From Stenotrophomonas sp. (GTDB lineage: Bacteria; Pseudomonadota; Gammaproteobacteria; Xanthomonadales; Xanthomonadaceae): a stretch of 64,000 bases of DNA. Location: assembly GCA_035629025.1 (NCBI GenBank), contig DASPIU010000059.1, forward strand, positions 93,299 to 157,298, given 5' to 3'. The position numbers were made by a program, and so were the translations under genes. The notes beneath the pieces were generated by a model, which searched no databases, was not told the DNA's origin, and worked only from the letters and a program-made list of their open reading frames with translations. This document shows, piece after piece, positions 1 through 7,608 of this stretch; the stretch's first letter is position 1; each line of letters opens with the position of its first letter.

Positions 1-1099
1 ACTTCTGCCCTGCCACCGACTGGCTGCCCACCGACAGACCGACGTTGAACATGCCGGTGACGTTGTAGGTGCAGCTCAGTTCGTTGAGATAGTCATTGCG
101 GCCGGCGCCACTGGCCCACGGACGGCGCTTGTCGGTGCGGGTCGCGCCGAAGGCCCAGGGGCCGTAGTCGACGGTCACCGACGTGGTCAGGTAGGCGGTG
201 TCGTTGCCGGCGACCGCATCCTCGTTGTCCACGTGTGCATACTCGACAAAGGGCACCACATCAAAATATCGGCCGCGCAAGGTCGTGTCGAGGTCGGCAC
301 TGGAGGCCGGCGCCCAGATATAGCGCGCCGACACCACCTTGATGATCTCGTCATCGGCCGGGCCGCTGTCGGGCTGGTCGACGCCGGCACGGTTGCGCAT
401 ATAGCCGGCTTCCATCTCCAGGAAAGGCAGCGCCGGGATCGAATCCCAGTCCACGGTCAGCGCATAGGAATCCGGCTTGCCGGTGTTGGCCGGCCCGCCA
501 TCGGAGCGCTGCAGGCGTCCGCCACTGCGCAGGAACGGCCTGCTCAGCTCGGTGGTATCGGCGGTATACACCGCCACGCCAGGCTGGATCATGCCTACGC
601 TCTGGCCGAAGTAGCGGTAGGCGAAGTTGGCGCCGAGCACGCCTTGCAGGTCGTAGGTGGAGACGAAATCGTTGGTGTACAGGCCCGGCGCCATCGCCGC
701 GGCGCGGCCAAACAGCACCGGCACCTTGCCGACCTGCCATTGGGTGTGGGCGGTGAGCTTGTAGTAGTCGAGCTCGTTGATCACCAGGCCGAGGTCGCCG
801 AAGTTGCGCTTCTGCCCCGGGTTTGGCGGGTTGATCGGGTTGAGCTCGGTGGACAGGCGCACCTGGTCATCCGGGCTGAAGCGCAGGTAGAAGGTCGAAC
901 TGATGTCCGGGTAGAAGTCGGTGGTGTTGCGCGGGTCGGTGGCGCCGCTGCCTTCGCTGCGGCTGAAGTCGTACTGCATGACCGCGTTGTAGTCCATGCC
1001 GACGTTCGGGTAGCGGCCGCTGTCGGCACGCGCCGGGGCGCTGGCCGCAAGCACGCTCAGCGCGCCCGTCACCAGCAGGTACAGGGGCGTGCGGCTCAT
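1..1099 (-). CDS. Putative outer-membrane beta-barrel / porin-like protein (C-terminus runs off the window start)
   Basis: Frame is open on the - strand from ATG 1099..1097 to the window edge. It is absent from the ORF track because it has no in-window stop. N-terminus MSRTPLYLLVTGALSVLAASAPARA looks like a Sec signal peptide. Composition is Tyr/Gly/Asp/Asn-rich and beta-strand-like. Its start overlaps the stop of the upstream multicopper oxidase (ATGA at 1096..1099). Confidence 0.55.
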   Translation of the reverse strand, partial: MSRTPLYLLVTGALSVLAASAPARADSGRYPNVGMDYNAVMQYDFSRSEGSGATDPRNTTDFYPDISSTFYLRFSPDDQVRLSTELNPINPPNPGQKRNFGDLGLVINELDYYKLTAHTQWQVGKVPVLFGRAAAMAPGLYTNDFVSTYDLQGVLGANFAYRYFGQSVGMIQPGVAVYTADTTELSRPFLRSGGRLQRSDGGPANTGKPDSYALTVDWDSIPALPFLEMEAGYMRNRAGVDQPDSGPADDEIIKVVSARYIWAPASSADLDTTLRGRYFDVVPFVEYAHVDNEDAVAGNDTAYLTTSVTVDYGPWAFGATRTDKRRPWASGAGRNDYLNELSCTYNVTGMFNVGLSVGSQSVAGQK

Positions 1100-2682
1100 G
1101 GCGTGTCCTCCGCCGGCAGCTGCACATTGCTGGGCAGCTTGAACTCGCGGCCGGTGTTCTGCAGATAGGAGCAGGTCTGGTTGTCGCCGTAGATGCCGCC
1201 GAGCCGCTCCAGGCGCACCGCCTGTTCGTAGTCTTCCGGGCGCACCACCTGGATCACCTGCATCATGCCGCCGTCCTCGTGTTCGAGGATGTGGCAGTGG
1301 TAGACGAACTTGCCGAGCATCACCGGGTCACGGAACGGGATGCGCACGGTGATCGAGCCACGCGCCGGGATGAAGACGTTGTCGCGGTAGCCGGTGAACG
1401 GCACCGGCTTGCCATTGATCGACACGACCTGGAAATCGGTCTGGTGGATGTGGAACTGGTGCAGCTCCTGCGAGGGATTGAACAGCCGCCACTCCTCCAC
1501 ATCGCCAAGCTTGACCGTGGTGTTGACGCGGCGCGGATCGAAGCGCTCGCCGTTGATCAGGAAGGCGTTGCCATCGCTGGCCGAATCCTGGAAGGCAAAC
1601 TGCCGCACCTTGGCCACCGGCTCCTTGCTGAAGTCCTCCAGCACCGGATACGGGCTGGTGATCTGCCGCGTCGGCACCGGGGTGCCGGACGAGCGCAGCG
1701 TCGCCAGTTGCTCGCCGCGGTACTGGTCACCGGCCGCGCCGGTATTGGCCGAGCCCAGCTCGATGGCGTGATCGCCGGCCGCCGGCCCGACCACCAGCAC
1801 GCTGAAGCGCGCCGACGGGCCGATCAGCAGCTCGCTGGTCATCAGCTTCTGGTTCACGGTGTTGCCGTCGCGCGAGAGGATCTGCATCGGCTGGCCGTCG
1901 ATGCGGATGCGAAAGTACTGGTTGGCCGCGACGTTGATGAAATGCCACAGCTGGGTTTCACCGGGGCGGATATCGATCACCGGGTTGCTTTGGCCATTGA
2001 CCGTGCGGATGGACGGCGCGCTGGTGACGATCTCGCTGGCGACCTTGCCGGTCAGCGTCTTCTGGAAGTTGCGCAGCACCAGCACGCGCTCGCGGATGCC
2101 TTTCAGCTCCGGGAACGGGTCGAGCATGCCGTCCACCAAGATCGGCCCGGCGATGCCGGCGGCGACCTGGCGCTCGGAGCCACCGCGGATGTGGCTGTGA
2201 TACCAGTACGCGCCCGGGCTGTGGTCCGGCGGCAGCTTGAAACGGTACAGGCCGGTGGTGCCCGGGTCGGTGGCGCGGAAGATGCTGTCGCCCGAATCCA
2301 GTGGCGTCACCGTCATGCCGTGGAAATGCAGGTTGGTGCGCTCGTCCATGCGGTTGTCGAGACGTACCTCGATGGTGCCGCCCGGGCGGGTACGAATCAG
2401 CGGCGCATCGTAGTTCTCGTTGATCACCAGCGACTGGTAGCGCGTATCGCCGACATTCACCGGCGCGGAGCTGATGCGCAGGTTGGCGCGGGTGATGCCA
2501 TCGGCGCCGTAGCTGAATTCCGGCGGCGCCTGCAGTGCCGCGCCCGCCGTGCCAGGCGCGCCGGTAGTCGCCGGATCTGCCGCGGCCATGGCGCTGGCCA
2601 GCGCCAGCAACGGCAGCAGCAGCACGCAGAGCAGGCGCAGGCGCGATGCCTGGCGCAGGTGGAAGGGTCTGGAGGTGATCAT
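1096..2682 (-). CDS. Multicopper oxidase family protein (CopA/laccase-like)
   Basis: 528-aa ORF with the four copper-ligand motifs in order: NLHFHGM, WYHSHIRG, HQFHIHQTDF, HCHILEHEDGGMM. N-terminal hydrophobic signal LLCVLLLPLLALASAMA. Confidence 0.9.
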   Translation of the reverse strand: MITSRPFHLRQASRLRLLCVLLLPLLALASAMAAADPATTGAPGTAGAALQAPPEFSYGADGITRANLRISSAPVNVGDTRYQSLVINENYDAPLIRTRPGGTIEVRLDNRMDERTNLHFHGMTVTPLDSGDSIFRATDPGTTGLYRFKLPPDHSPGAYWYHSHIRGGSERQVAAGIAGPILVDGMLDPFPELKGIRERVLVLRNFQKTLTGKVASEIVTSAPSIRTVNGQSNPVIDIRPGETQLWHFINVAANQYFRIRIDGQPMQILSRDGNTVNQKLMTSELLIGPSARFSVLVVGPAAGDHAIELGSANTGAAGDQYRGEQLATLRSSGTPVPTRQITSPYPVLEDFSKEPVAKVRQFAFQDSASDGNAFLINGERFDPRRVNTTVKLGDVEEWRLFNPSQELHQFHIHQTDFQVVSINGKPVPFTGYRDNVFIPARGSITVRIPFRDPVMLGKFVYHCHILEHEDGGMMQVIQVVRPEDYEQAVRLERLGGIYGDNQTCSYLQNTGREFKLPSNVQLPAEDTP

Positions 2683-2714
2683 GTGGAGTCCGTGAAAGAT
2701 GGATCGCGGCCGGC

Positions 2715-3149
2715 TCAGTTACCGGCGATGGCCCAGGTGATGAAGCCGGTGGCGACGGTGCTGACCAGCAGGCCGAACAGGAACAGCACGTCGGCCGCGC
2801 GTTCGAGCGTGCGGTAGCGCTTGCGCCGGCGCGTGCGCAGGGCCCAGTAGGCGCTGAGGCCGGCAAGCAGGTAGATCATCGAGTTGATGCTGAGGATGTC
2901 GTCGCCCCAGGTGTCGATGTTGCGCACGACCACCAGCACGTGCAGCACGCCGACCACGGTCATGCACACGCCCAGCATCACCGCCGAGGTGGTGAGGATG
3001 TGGACGCTGATGTCTTCGTCGAGCAGGACTTCATCGTCCTGCCCCTGGGCGTCGCCCGCGCCTCGCGGTACGCCGGCCCGCTGTGCGGTGTCGGAAGTGG
3101 CGGCCCCGCGGGGCTGGGGGTTGTGGGGCTGTCTTGATGATCGGCTCAT
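2715..3149 (-). CDS. Small integral membrane protein, function unknown
   Basis: The ORF track gives 2715..3197. I prefer the internal ATG (MSRSSRQ...) at 3149. A Pro/Gln/Gly-rich N-terminus is followed by three hydrophobic helices (ILTTSAVMLGVCMTVVGVLHVLVVV, MIYLLAGLSAYWAL, VLFLFGLLVSTVATGFITWAIA). GC3 is high in the membrane part. Confidence 0.5.
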   Translation of the reverse strand: MSRSSRQPHNPQPRGAATSDTAQRAGVPRGAGDAQGQDDEVLLDEDISVHILTTSAVMLGVCMTVVGVLHVLVVVRNIDTWGDDILSINSMIYLLAGLSAYWALRTRRRKRYRTLERAADVLFLFGLLVSTVATGFITWAIAGN

Positions 3150-3223
3150 GGCGCGTTGCGGCCTCGGTCCCTGGATTGGCGGTGGAGGTGGCGGCACCTT
3201 ACGGGGGACGCGGCCCCGGCCAC

Positions 3224-3241
3224 ATGACCTAGGTCAAGCCG
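3224..3241. promoter_or_regulatory. Copy A of the GGCTTGACCT inverted-repeat motif (core palindrome TGACCTAGGTCA)
   Basis: The - strand reads cGGCTTGACCTAGGTCAT. There is a perfect 12-bp palindrome at 3225..3236. It lies in the divergent gap between the 2715..3149 gene and the MarC gene. Confidence 0.5.
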
Positions 3242-3390
3242 ACACATCTTTCCCCGCTCCCGCCGCGGCCGGGCCCGCGCAGCCGTGGCCTGCTGCTGAC
3301 GCTGTTCAACGCCACGCGCCCCGGCGGGCGGCCATCGCGAGCGGGCCGGTTCCCAGCAGCGGCGCGCGGTGCGAGGATGGATGCCGGCCG

Positions 3391-3408
3391 GGCTTGACCT
3401 GGGTCAAG
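3391..3408. promoter_or_regulatory. Copy B of the GGCTTGACCT inverted-repeat motif (CTTGACC-TG-GGTCAAG)
   Basis: The + strand reads GGCTTGACCTGGGTCAAG, with 7-bp perfect arms. It lies 75 bp upstream of the MarC-family start codon. Confidence 0.5.
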
Positions 3409-3482
3409 ACGCCTCGCGCGCAATGCGGCATCGTGGCCGGTCAGCGTTCGCGCCCGCCGCCTGCGAATGTCCGGAGACCGCC

Positions 3483-4157
3483 ATGTGGCATGACTTCACC
3501 CACATCTTCCTGTTGATCTTCACCGGCCTGCTGCCAGTGGTGAACCCGCCTGGCTCGGCCTTGATCGTGCTTGGCCTGGTGCCCGAGGCGACCGCCCGCC
3601 AGCGGGCCTGGCTGGCCAGGGCCATCGCCTTCAACAGTCTGTTACTGCTGGCCGCGTCGATCGGCGTTGGCGCCTATGTGCTGTCGTTCTTCGGCATCTC
3701 GATCCCGGTGCTGCGGCTGGCCGGCGGCGCGGTCATTGCCGCCACCGGCTGGAAGCTGCTGAACGCACCCGCCCACGTGGACCACAGTGTCGCCGCGGGT
3801 CTGGCCGAAGCCGAAGCGGCGGTGCAGGAAGAATCGCTGCGCTCGCAGGTGTTCTATCCATTGACCCTGCCGCTGACCGTCGGCCCCGGCTCGATCGCGG
3901 TGGCCATCGCGCTGGGCACCAGTTCGCCAGCCGAAGGGCCGCTGCCGGTGCACGTGGCCGCCGCTGGCGCCGCGGTGCTGCTGCTGTGCGTGCTGATCTA
4001 CATCTGCGTGCGCTATGCGGGCCAGTTGCAGCGACTTCTCGGCAACAGCGGCACCCACGTGGTGCTGCGTCTGCTGGCCTTCGTGATCCTGTGCATCGGC
4101 GTGCAGATTGGCTGGCTCGGCCTGTCCGAACTGCTGACGACCCTGCCCCGCGGCTGA
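3483..4157 (+). CDS. MarC/UPF0056 family inner-membrane protein
   Basis: ATG at 3483 (MWHDFTHIFLLIFTGLLPVVNPPGSA...). The VNP motif and about six hydrophobic segments are typical of MarC/NAAT-family proteins. The part of the track ORF upstream of 3483 looks non-coding. Confidence 0.8.
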   Translation: MWHDFTHIFLLIFTGLLPVVNPPGSALIVLGLVPEATARQRAWLARAIAFNSLLLLAASIGVGAYVLSFFGISIPVLRLAGGAVIAATGWKLLNAPAHVDHSVAAGLAEAEAAVQEESLRSQVFYPLTLPLTVGPGSIAVAIALGTSSPAEGPLPVHVAAAGAAVLLLCVLIYICVRYAGQLQRLLGNSGTHVVLRLLAFVILCIGVQIGWLGLSELLTTLPRG

Positions 4158-4281
4158 GGAAGAGGTCCCCATCCGCCAGATGGCGGTCGCGGCTGATGGC
4201 CCAAGGCCACAAGAGCCGCTCCTGCAGTACACGCATCAGGCTTCGGGGATGCGGCTGGGGCCGTTGTCGGAGGGTCTTCAG

Positions 4282-4728
4282 TCAGCGCGGCGCCGACTGC
4301 ATCGGGAACGCGGCAAACAGCTGACCCAGGCGGTGGTCCAACGGCTCCGGGCGCGCCGCGCCCGGCGCTGCGAGCTCGCCATGCCACACGCGTCGATGGC
4401 TGTGCGGGTCGATCAGATCCACCGCGAGCACGCCGCCGCCCTGGCAGTGCCCCACTCCGCCGCAGGCGTCCTGGCGATAGTGGGCGCTCAATTCAAAGCC
4501 GGCGCGCCCCGCGTCTCGTTCCCAGCCCTTGGCTGCCAGTTGTGCATCAACTTGTGCGGTGATCGCCCGGTCAATCGCGGCCGTGCCAACGCCCGGTCCG
4601 GCCCGCCAATGGTAGGTACGAAGCTGCGAGGCATCCGCCGCGGGCGCCGGGTTGTACTCGAGCGCAGCGGCCGTCACACAGGTCGCGAACAGCAAGAGGA
4701 TCCAGGCGGACGCCGGGCCGGCTTTCAT
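4282..4728 (-). CDS. Lipoprotein, DUF4136-like
   Basis: MKAGPASAWILLLFATC has a lipobox-like LFATC. Size and the pattern AIDRAITAQVDAQLAAKGW...VDLIDPHSHRRVWHG resemble DUF4136 lipoproteins. Confidence 0.55.
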   Translation of the reverse strand: MKAGPASAWILLLFATCVTAAALEYNPAPAADASQLRTYHWRAGPGVGTAAIDRAITAQVDAQLAAKGWERDAGRAGFELSAHYRQDACGGVGHCQGGGVLAVDLIDPHSHRRVWHGELAAPGAARPEPLDHRLGQLFAAFPMQSAPR

Positions 4729-4860
4729 GGGGTTGCTCCGTTATGCGCGGGAATGCCCCACCCGCCGGCAACCGGGACGAGAGACCGGTGGGCGGGTACT
4801 CACGGTCGGCGGATCGACCGGGATGGGGCGGATGCATTGTGCAGGCGGCGGCACGGCGTG

Positions 4861-4880
4861 GGCTTGATGCAGGTCAAGCC
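4861..4880. promoter_or_regulatory. Copy C of the GGCTTGACCT inverted-repeat motif (GGCTTGA-N6-TCAAGCC)
   Basis: The + strand reads GGCTTGATGCAGGTCAAGCC and the - strand GGCTTGACCTGCATCAAGCC. It lies between the DUF4124 stop (4903) and the DUF4136 start (4728). Confidence 0.5.
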
Positions 4881-4902
4881 GAACGCACGCGCGCGACGAG
4901 CG

Positions 4903-5376
4903 TTACTTGCAGGCCTGCTGGACCTTGTTGTCCCAGTAGCTGGAAAGCGCAAAGTCCCGCTTGAGCCCGACGGCCTCGTAGGCGGCCGCGCGCTGTTCGC
5001 GCATCGAGTCGCACGAGGAGGCCGCGCCACTGCGACCAGACCGGATTCGTGGGCGCGAGGCACTCGTGCCTGGGGAAGCGCGCGGACGCGGTGACCGTGT
5101 GCCGCGCTTGGTGCTGCTCCTGCTTTTGCTCCTGCTTTTGCTCTTGCTTCTGCTCTTGGCCTTGTTCTTGGCCATCGCGCTTGGCGCGCTCGCAGGCATC
5201 GCCAGTGGCGGCAGGTTCGTCCGCCAATGCCTGAGCGTTCGTCCGCCCGCGCAAGGGGTGGACTGATAAGACGTGCCGCGACCGTCCTGGCACTGGTATA
5301 CCGGCGAGGCGGCCACGGCCGCCGCGGCGGGGCAAATCAACATCGAAAGCAAAGTGTTGCGCATGCATGGTTTCAT
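4903..5376 (-). CDS. Secreted DUF4124-like protein with a K/S/R low-complexity linker
   Basis: ATG at 5376 is preceded by GGGAGGAG. Signal peptide MKPCMRNTLLSMLICPAAAAVAA, then VYQCQDGRGTSYQSTPC (DUF4124-like). The linker AKNKAKSRSKSKSRSKSRSS is encoded by a hexanucleotide repeat. The C-terminal Cys...Cys segment has high GC3. Confidence 0.55.
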   Translation of the reverse strand: MKPCMRNTLLSMLICPAAAAVAASPVYQCQDGRGTSYQSTPCAGGRTLRHWRTNLPPLAMPASAPSAMAKNKAKSRSKSKSRSKSRSSTKRGTRSPRPRASPGTSASRPRIRSGRSGAASSCDSMREQRAAAYEAVGLKRDFALSSYWDNKVQQACK

Positions 5377-5512
5377 CGGCTCCTCCCTTGTCAACGACAG
5401 GATGGAGTTGCGGCGAGGCGCCGCCCAGCAGCGCACCCCGCAAGCCGATGTAGGAAAAACGCGGATAGCCTCGCCCGGATTCCTTTCGGACAATGCACCA
5501 GGCGGTCTGGCC

Positions 5513-6433
5513 TCAGCGCTGCGCCAACGCGTAGTCCAGTGCCGCGCATACCGCCGCCACCTGCGCGGCATTGCATTCGGCCGGCGTGGCGTTGGCGCTG
5601 TCGGGATAGACCTCGGTGGTCGTGGTGTAGACCGCCTCGGTGATGCCGGTGCACAGGCCCAGGCGCTTGACCGGATATTCGATGACCCCCGGCGCGACCA
5701 CCGGCGAACCGATGATCAGCCCGCGCGCATCGGCCGGAGCGATATGGGTCACCGCGGCCACCGCGCCGATCACCGCGCGCTGGAAGTCCAGCTGCGGATT
5801 CTCGCTGTCAGCGACCAGGTAGAAGCCATCGGGAATGCCATCCGGCTCGAAGGGCTTGCCGTCGCGGGCGGCCAGCGCCGGACGGAACTCGCTTTCGTCA
5901 CTGTCGGTGGTCTCGTGCAGGTCGATGTGCAGGCGTACGCGTTCACGGATCGGCGTGACCAGCTGCCACAGCGCTGCCGATTCGGCGGCCGGGCTGTCGG
6001 CGCGGAAGGAACGGTTGGGGTCGATGGCGTTCGGGTTCCAGCGATGAATCCGCTCATAGCCCCAAGGGCTGACGCAGGGCACCACCAGCAGATTCGCGCG
6101 ACCCACATAGGCTCGCGCGCGTTGCCGCAGGAACTGCAGCGCGCCGTGCACACCGCTGGTTTCATAACCGTGGACGCCGCCGGTCACCAGCGCGGTCGGC
6201 AGTGCATCGTTCCAGTCGCGGCTGCGCACGGCATACAGCGGATAGCGTTCGCGGGCGTAGTCCAGCTCGCCATACACCGAGACATCGAAGTCGCCACGCA
6301 GTGCTTCGATCGCGCTGGCCACTTCGTCCGCATAGCTGCGGCGCTTGCCTTGCCGCGCCAGCCACTGCCGCCTTTCCGCTTCGCCCCAGGGCTGGCCAGG
6401 GATTCCGATGGGATAGAAGGCGTTCGTGGACAT
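5513..6433 (-). CDS. M14-family zinc carboxypeptidase-like protein
   Basis: Start MSTNAFYPIG at 6433. Zinc-ligand motifs GGVHGYETSG and IDLHETT, plus NPNRSF, fit the M14 carboxypeptidase / succinylglutamate desuccinylase superfamily. Confidence 0.8.
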   Translation of the reverse strand: MSTNAFYPIGIPGQPWGEAERRQWLARQGKRRSYADEVASAIEALRGDFDVSVYGELDYARERYPLYAVRSRDWNDALPTALVTGGVHGYETSGVHGALQFLRQRARAYVGRANLLVVPCVSPWGYERIHRWNPNAIDPNRSFRADSPAAESAALWQLVTPIRERVRLHIDLHETTDSDESEFRPALAARDGKPFEPDGIPDGFYLVADSENPQLDFQRAVIGAVAAVTHIAPADARGLIIGSPVVAPGVIEYPVKRLGLCTGITEAVYTTTTEVYPDSANATPAECNAAQVAAVCAALDYALAQR

Positions 6434-6589
6434 GCGTGGCACCTGCGGCTGCGAAGTTGCCGCATGATACGCCCGCTCCTCGCAACTCGCAGCGCAACAA
6501 CGTTGCCGATGCCGACAACGCCGTCCCTGCGCAGGCGCGCGACACCGGCTTTGGGCTACGCTGCGCGCGGCCCCCATGGCGTACCCTGC

Positions 6590-7600
6590 ATGCGCATCAT
6601 CGAGAACACCTACGGCTCGGACGAAGACGGCCTGATCTGGGGCTACCGCTTCACCCCCGGCCAGCCCGCCGAAGCCATCGGCACCGACGCCGTCGCCGCG
6701 TTCCTGGCCGACGATCGCGCGCCTGGCAGCTTCCTGTGGCTGCACTTTGCCCTCTCCAACCAGGGTTCGGAGCGCTTCCTGCGCCGCGTGCTGAGCTTGC
6801 CCGATGCCTTCCACGATTCATTGCGCAGCGAGGTCGGCGCGACCCGGCTGGAACTGGACGACGGCGCGCTGGTCGCGGTGATCCACGACGTGCTGTTCGA
6901 CTCCAGCTTCGATGCCTCCGATGTGGGCACCACCAGTCTGTGCATCGGCCCGCGCCTGGTGGTGAGCGCGCGCCTGCGCCCGCTGCGCTCGGTTGATCGC
7001 CTGCGCGCCGACATCCGCGCCGGCCAGTCATTCCGCTCGCCGGTGGAACTGCTCGCGCACCTGCTGCGCGACCAGGCCAAGGTGCTCGGCGACATCCTGC
7101 GCACCACCACCGCGCGCGTGGACCAGATCGAAGACCGCCTGCTCGCCAGCCAGGTCTCCACCGACCGCAAGGCCCTGGGCGCATTGCGCCGCACCCTGGT
7201 GCGCCTGCAACGGTTGCTGGCGCCCGAGCCGACGGCGCTGTTCCGGCTGTTGAACCGGCCGCCGTCCTGGATCAGTGCCGAGGACGTGGTCGACCTGCGC
7301 CAGGCCGCCGAGGAGTTCTCTGCCGCGATCAGCGATTCGGCGGCGCTGGTCGAGCGGGTCAAGCTGATCCAGGAAGAGCTGGCCGCGCTGGTCAACGAGC
7401 AGACCAGCCGCACCCTGTTCGTGCTCACCGTGGTGACCGTGCTGGCCCTGCCGGTCAACCTGGTCGCCGGCCTGTTCGGCATGAACGTCGGCGGTGTGCC
7501 GCTCGGCGCCAGCGCGCACGGCTTCGCCACGGTGGTGACGATCCTGGTGCTGCTGACCGCGGTGCTGGCCTGGTTCTCGTTCCGCCCACGCGGCGACTGA
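6590..7600 (+). CDS. CorA/ZntB-family divalent-cation channel
   Basis: Start MRIIENTYG at 6590. The C-terminus has two TM helices with the signature GLFGMNVGGVP (GMN motif). The 5' 1.3 kb of the 775-aa track ORF is antisense to the M14 gene and is discarded. Confidence 0.85.
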   Translation: MRIIENTYGSDEDGLIWGYRFTPGQPAEAIGTDAVAAFLADDRAPGSFLWLHFALSNQGSERFLRRVLSLPDAFHDSLRSEVGATRLELDDGALVAVIHDVLFDSSFDASDVGTTSLCIGPRLVVSARLRPLRSVDRLRADIRAGQSFRSPVELLAHLLRDQAKVLGDILRTTTARVDQIEDRLLASQVSTDRKALGALRRTLVRLQRLLAPEPTALFRLLNRPPSWISAEDVVDLRQAAEEFSAAISDSAALVERVKLIQEELAALVNEQTSRTLFVLTVVTVLALPVNLVAGLFGMNVGGVPLGASAHGFATVVTILVLLTAVLAWFSFRPRGD

Positions 7601-7608
7601 GCGCGGCT

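Noticed and set aside
2560-2682. Twin-arginine (Tat) signal on the multicopper oxidase
   Set aside because: The N-terminus reads ...HLRQASRLRLLCV..., with no consecutive RR in the S/T-R-R-x-F-L-K context. The export route is left open.
5273-6589. N-terminal 439 aa of the 775-aa + strand track ORF; similar 5' extensions occur in track ORFs 23953..24519, 25299..25469, 23929..25311 and 42070..43845
   Set aside because: These upstream parts are antisense to, or overlap, other good genes and have junk composition. In each case the recognisable domain begins at an internal ATG with a plausible RBS, so I trimmed the genes to those starts.
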